A stretch of DNA of 64,000 bases from Octopus sinensis (lineage: Eukaryota). The position numbers were made by a program, and so were the translations under genes. A model generated the notes under the pieces. The model made no database searches. It saw nothing but the letters and a program-made list of their open reading frames with translations, and was not told the origin of the DNA. The DNA is taken from contig NC_043009.1 in assembly GCF_006345805.1 (NCBI RefSeq), positions 9,176,001 through 9,240,000 on the forward strand, given 5' to 3'. Shown one piece after another: positions 62,225 through 64,000 of this stretch. Position 1 is the stretch's first letter; each line of letters begins with the position of its first letter.

Positions 62225-64000
62225 AAGAATGCTGTTTATTTGAAGATGTAAAGGTGGAGGAATGGCAAAAATGATGGATCACCTGGCAAAATAGAACTGA
62301 ACTACACTGCTTCTTTTATTATTATTATTATTATTTTGTTATTTATTCTGAGCTCAAATCTGGGACGTATTTTGTCAAACATTTTTCTGGGTTTAATAAA
62401 ACAAATCCCTGACATATATTAGAGTCAATTCAATTATCTATACAAACTATGCCCTTCCCCTACAATGTGTGATCTTGTATTGATGTGAAAAATCAATATT
62501 TTCGGAAGATCAATGATAAATGTTGGGTAAGCTGAAACAAACACAGAGTGAGCCTAGTTCATGACCCAGTTTCAGTTTCCAGTTGTAGCGACTTCCACCC
62601 ACTTTATATTACGTACACCTCTTAGAAAGGCAGGGATATCATGTCACATGATCACTTTCCTACCCCAATATAACTAGAATGCATCATGCTTATATAAGAA
62701 ATCAATGTTAATGTATATTATTATTAAAAGGTGTGAGATGAGTGGTGTGGAGCACAAATAAGCTAATTGCTGGACTAGTTTGCAATTCATTTTCAATTCC
62801 TGATTGTAGTTATTTCATTGTAATTAATGTCATTACGAAAGGCATGAATGTCACAGAATCTTATTTCTGTTTTTCAATAATAATATAATTAAAAAAAAAA
62901 CAAAAACTGAAGGTATTCTGTTCATGCAAAAAGTGTTTATTGAAAGAGCTAATTAACGTTTTTCTATTTTTTATGTGATTGAAAAAACATACCAGAAGTG
63001 ATTTAATTGGGCTTTGATTGAAGTGTAGTTGAAATGGCTGAGTGACTGGCTTAGTGTCAGTTCATGGGTTGTGAGTTCAAATCTATTGCAGGTGTTTCAT
63101 GATCCTTTTTTGTCTTTTTTTGAGTATGATAATTCGTTATATATTATTTATCTGTCAAGAAATGATTATCCTGCTATTCCAGGAAAGTTATCTGCTATAA
63201 ACTTGTGTACTGGCCAGGGGAAGATTAATCTCTCATTTCTTTAGTGCTACAAAGAAAATTAAAAAAAAAACAGATTTAAGCTTTGGTGCTGCCAAGAATT
63301 CCTGTAATTTGCTAAAGGATTAGTATGTTTTACTTTATTTGACTAGTGTACTGAAATCAGATTGTTAAATTAAAAAACAAATTTTTTTTTCATTTTGTCG
63401 TTTAAATGTTACTTCCGTCCATATCAGTTATAAATTAGATTGGAATTATTAATTTTCTTTAAGATTGTTTCTATAATTATTTTATTCATTCAGTCGTTTA
63501 TTTATTTATTTTAATTGTTGAAAGTTTTCCACATTAATTGAAGATATTTTAATTTCTAATTTATTCATTTTATCAACAACAAAAAACAGAAAATATCAAA
63601 ATAAAGAAATAAATAATGGAAAAATGTATAACTAATATTTAATGCTTGGTTTTATATTTATGCCACAATGTAATATCATAAGTGTTTGTATAATAAACTA
63701 ATGAAGTTTAATTAATTGAAGTAAATGAGAAGTAGAATTGGTGCATTGCTTTCTAGGTAGTTATTAGGATGTAAAAAAAAAAAAACTAGCAATGGTACAT
63801 ACGACCTTTCTTGATACACAGCTCTTCAATTCCAGTTGATTTCTGATTATCAGCAGAATAATAATAATAATAATAATAATAATGATAATAATAATATCTT
63901 GTCTTTAGGTTTTGTTGTGTGTGTTCTTTTAGTACTCCACATCAAATTGTAGTAGTTAATCTTGAGATTTGACTATGATTACACAGCATATGACTATGTA

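Overview
This is very AT-rich eukaryotic intronic or intergenic DNA, dominated by transposable elements and microsatellites. The repeat families look like those of Octopus (coleoid cephalopod); that assignment is an inference from pattern recognition, not a database search. I found no intact protein-coding gene, rRNA, tRNA or CRISPR array, only a few tentative exons that I could not assign to a gene. Main contents: a young 5'-truncated RTE LINE (9.06-11.65 kb, RT with an inserted PHD-like finger and a single nonsense codon) plus about 12 RTE 3'-end copies with (GAT)n tails, one of which abuts a 4.75 kb (CAT)n array; two tandem decayed CR1-type LINEs (35.7-39.2 kb); two Penelope-like (GIY-YIG) remnants; R4/Dong-like 3' ends; a solo LTR; several tRNA-derived SINE families; Tc1/mariner remnants; piggyBac-like MITEs; and a 1.4 kb foldback element. 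The most interesting signal is at least six minimal hammerhead-ribozyme-like motifs from about four families. Several sit in short fold-back cassettes embedded in (TA)n tracts, and one family shares an exact 19-mer with the 3' end of the Penelope-like remnant. This suggests a non-autonomous, microsatellite-associated ribozyme retroelement system, though most copies carry disabling-looking mutations.
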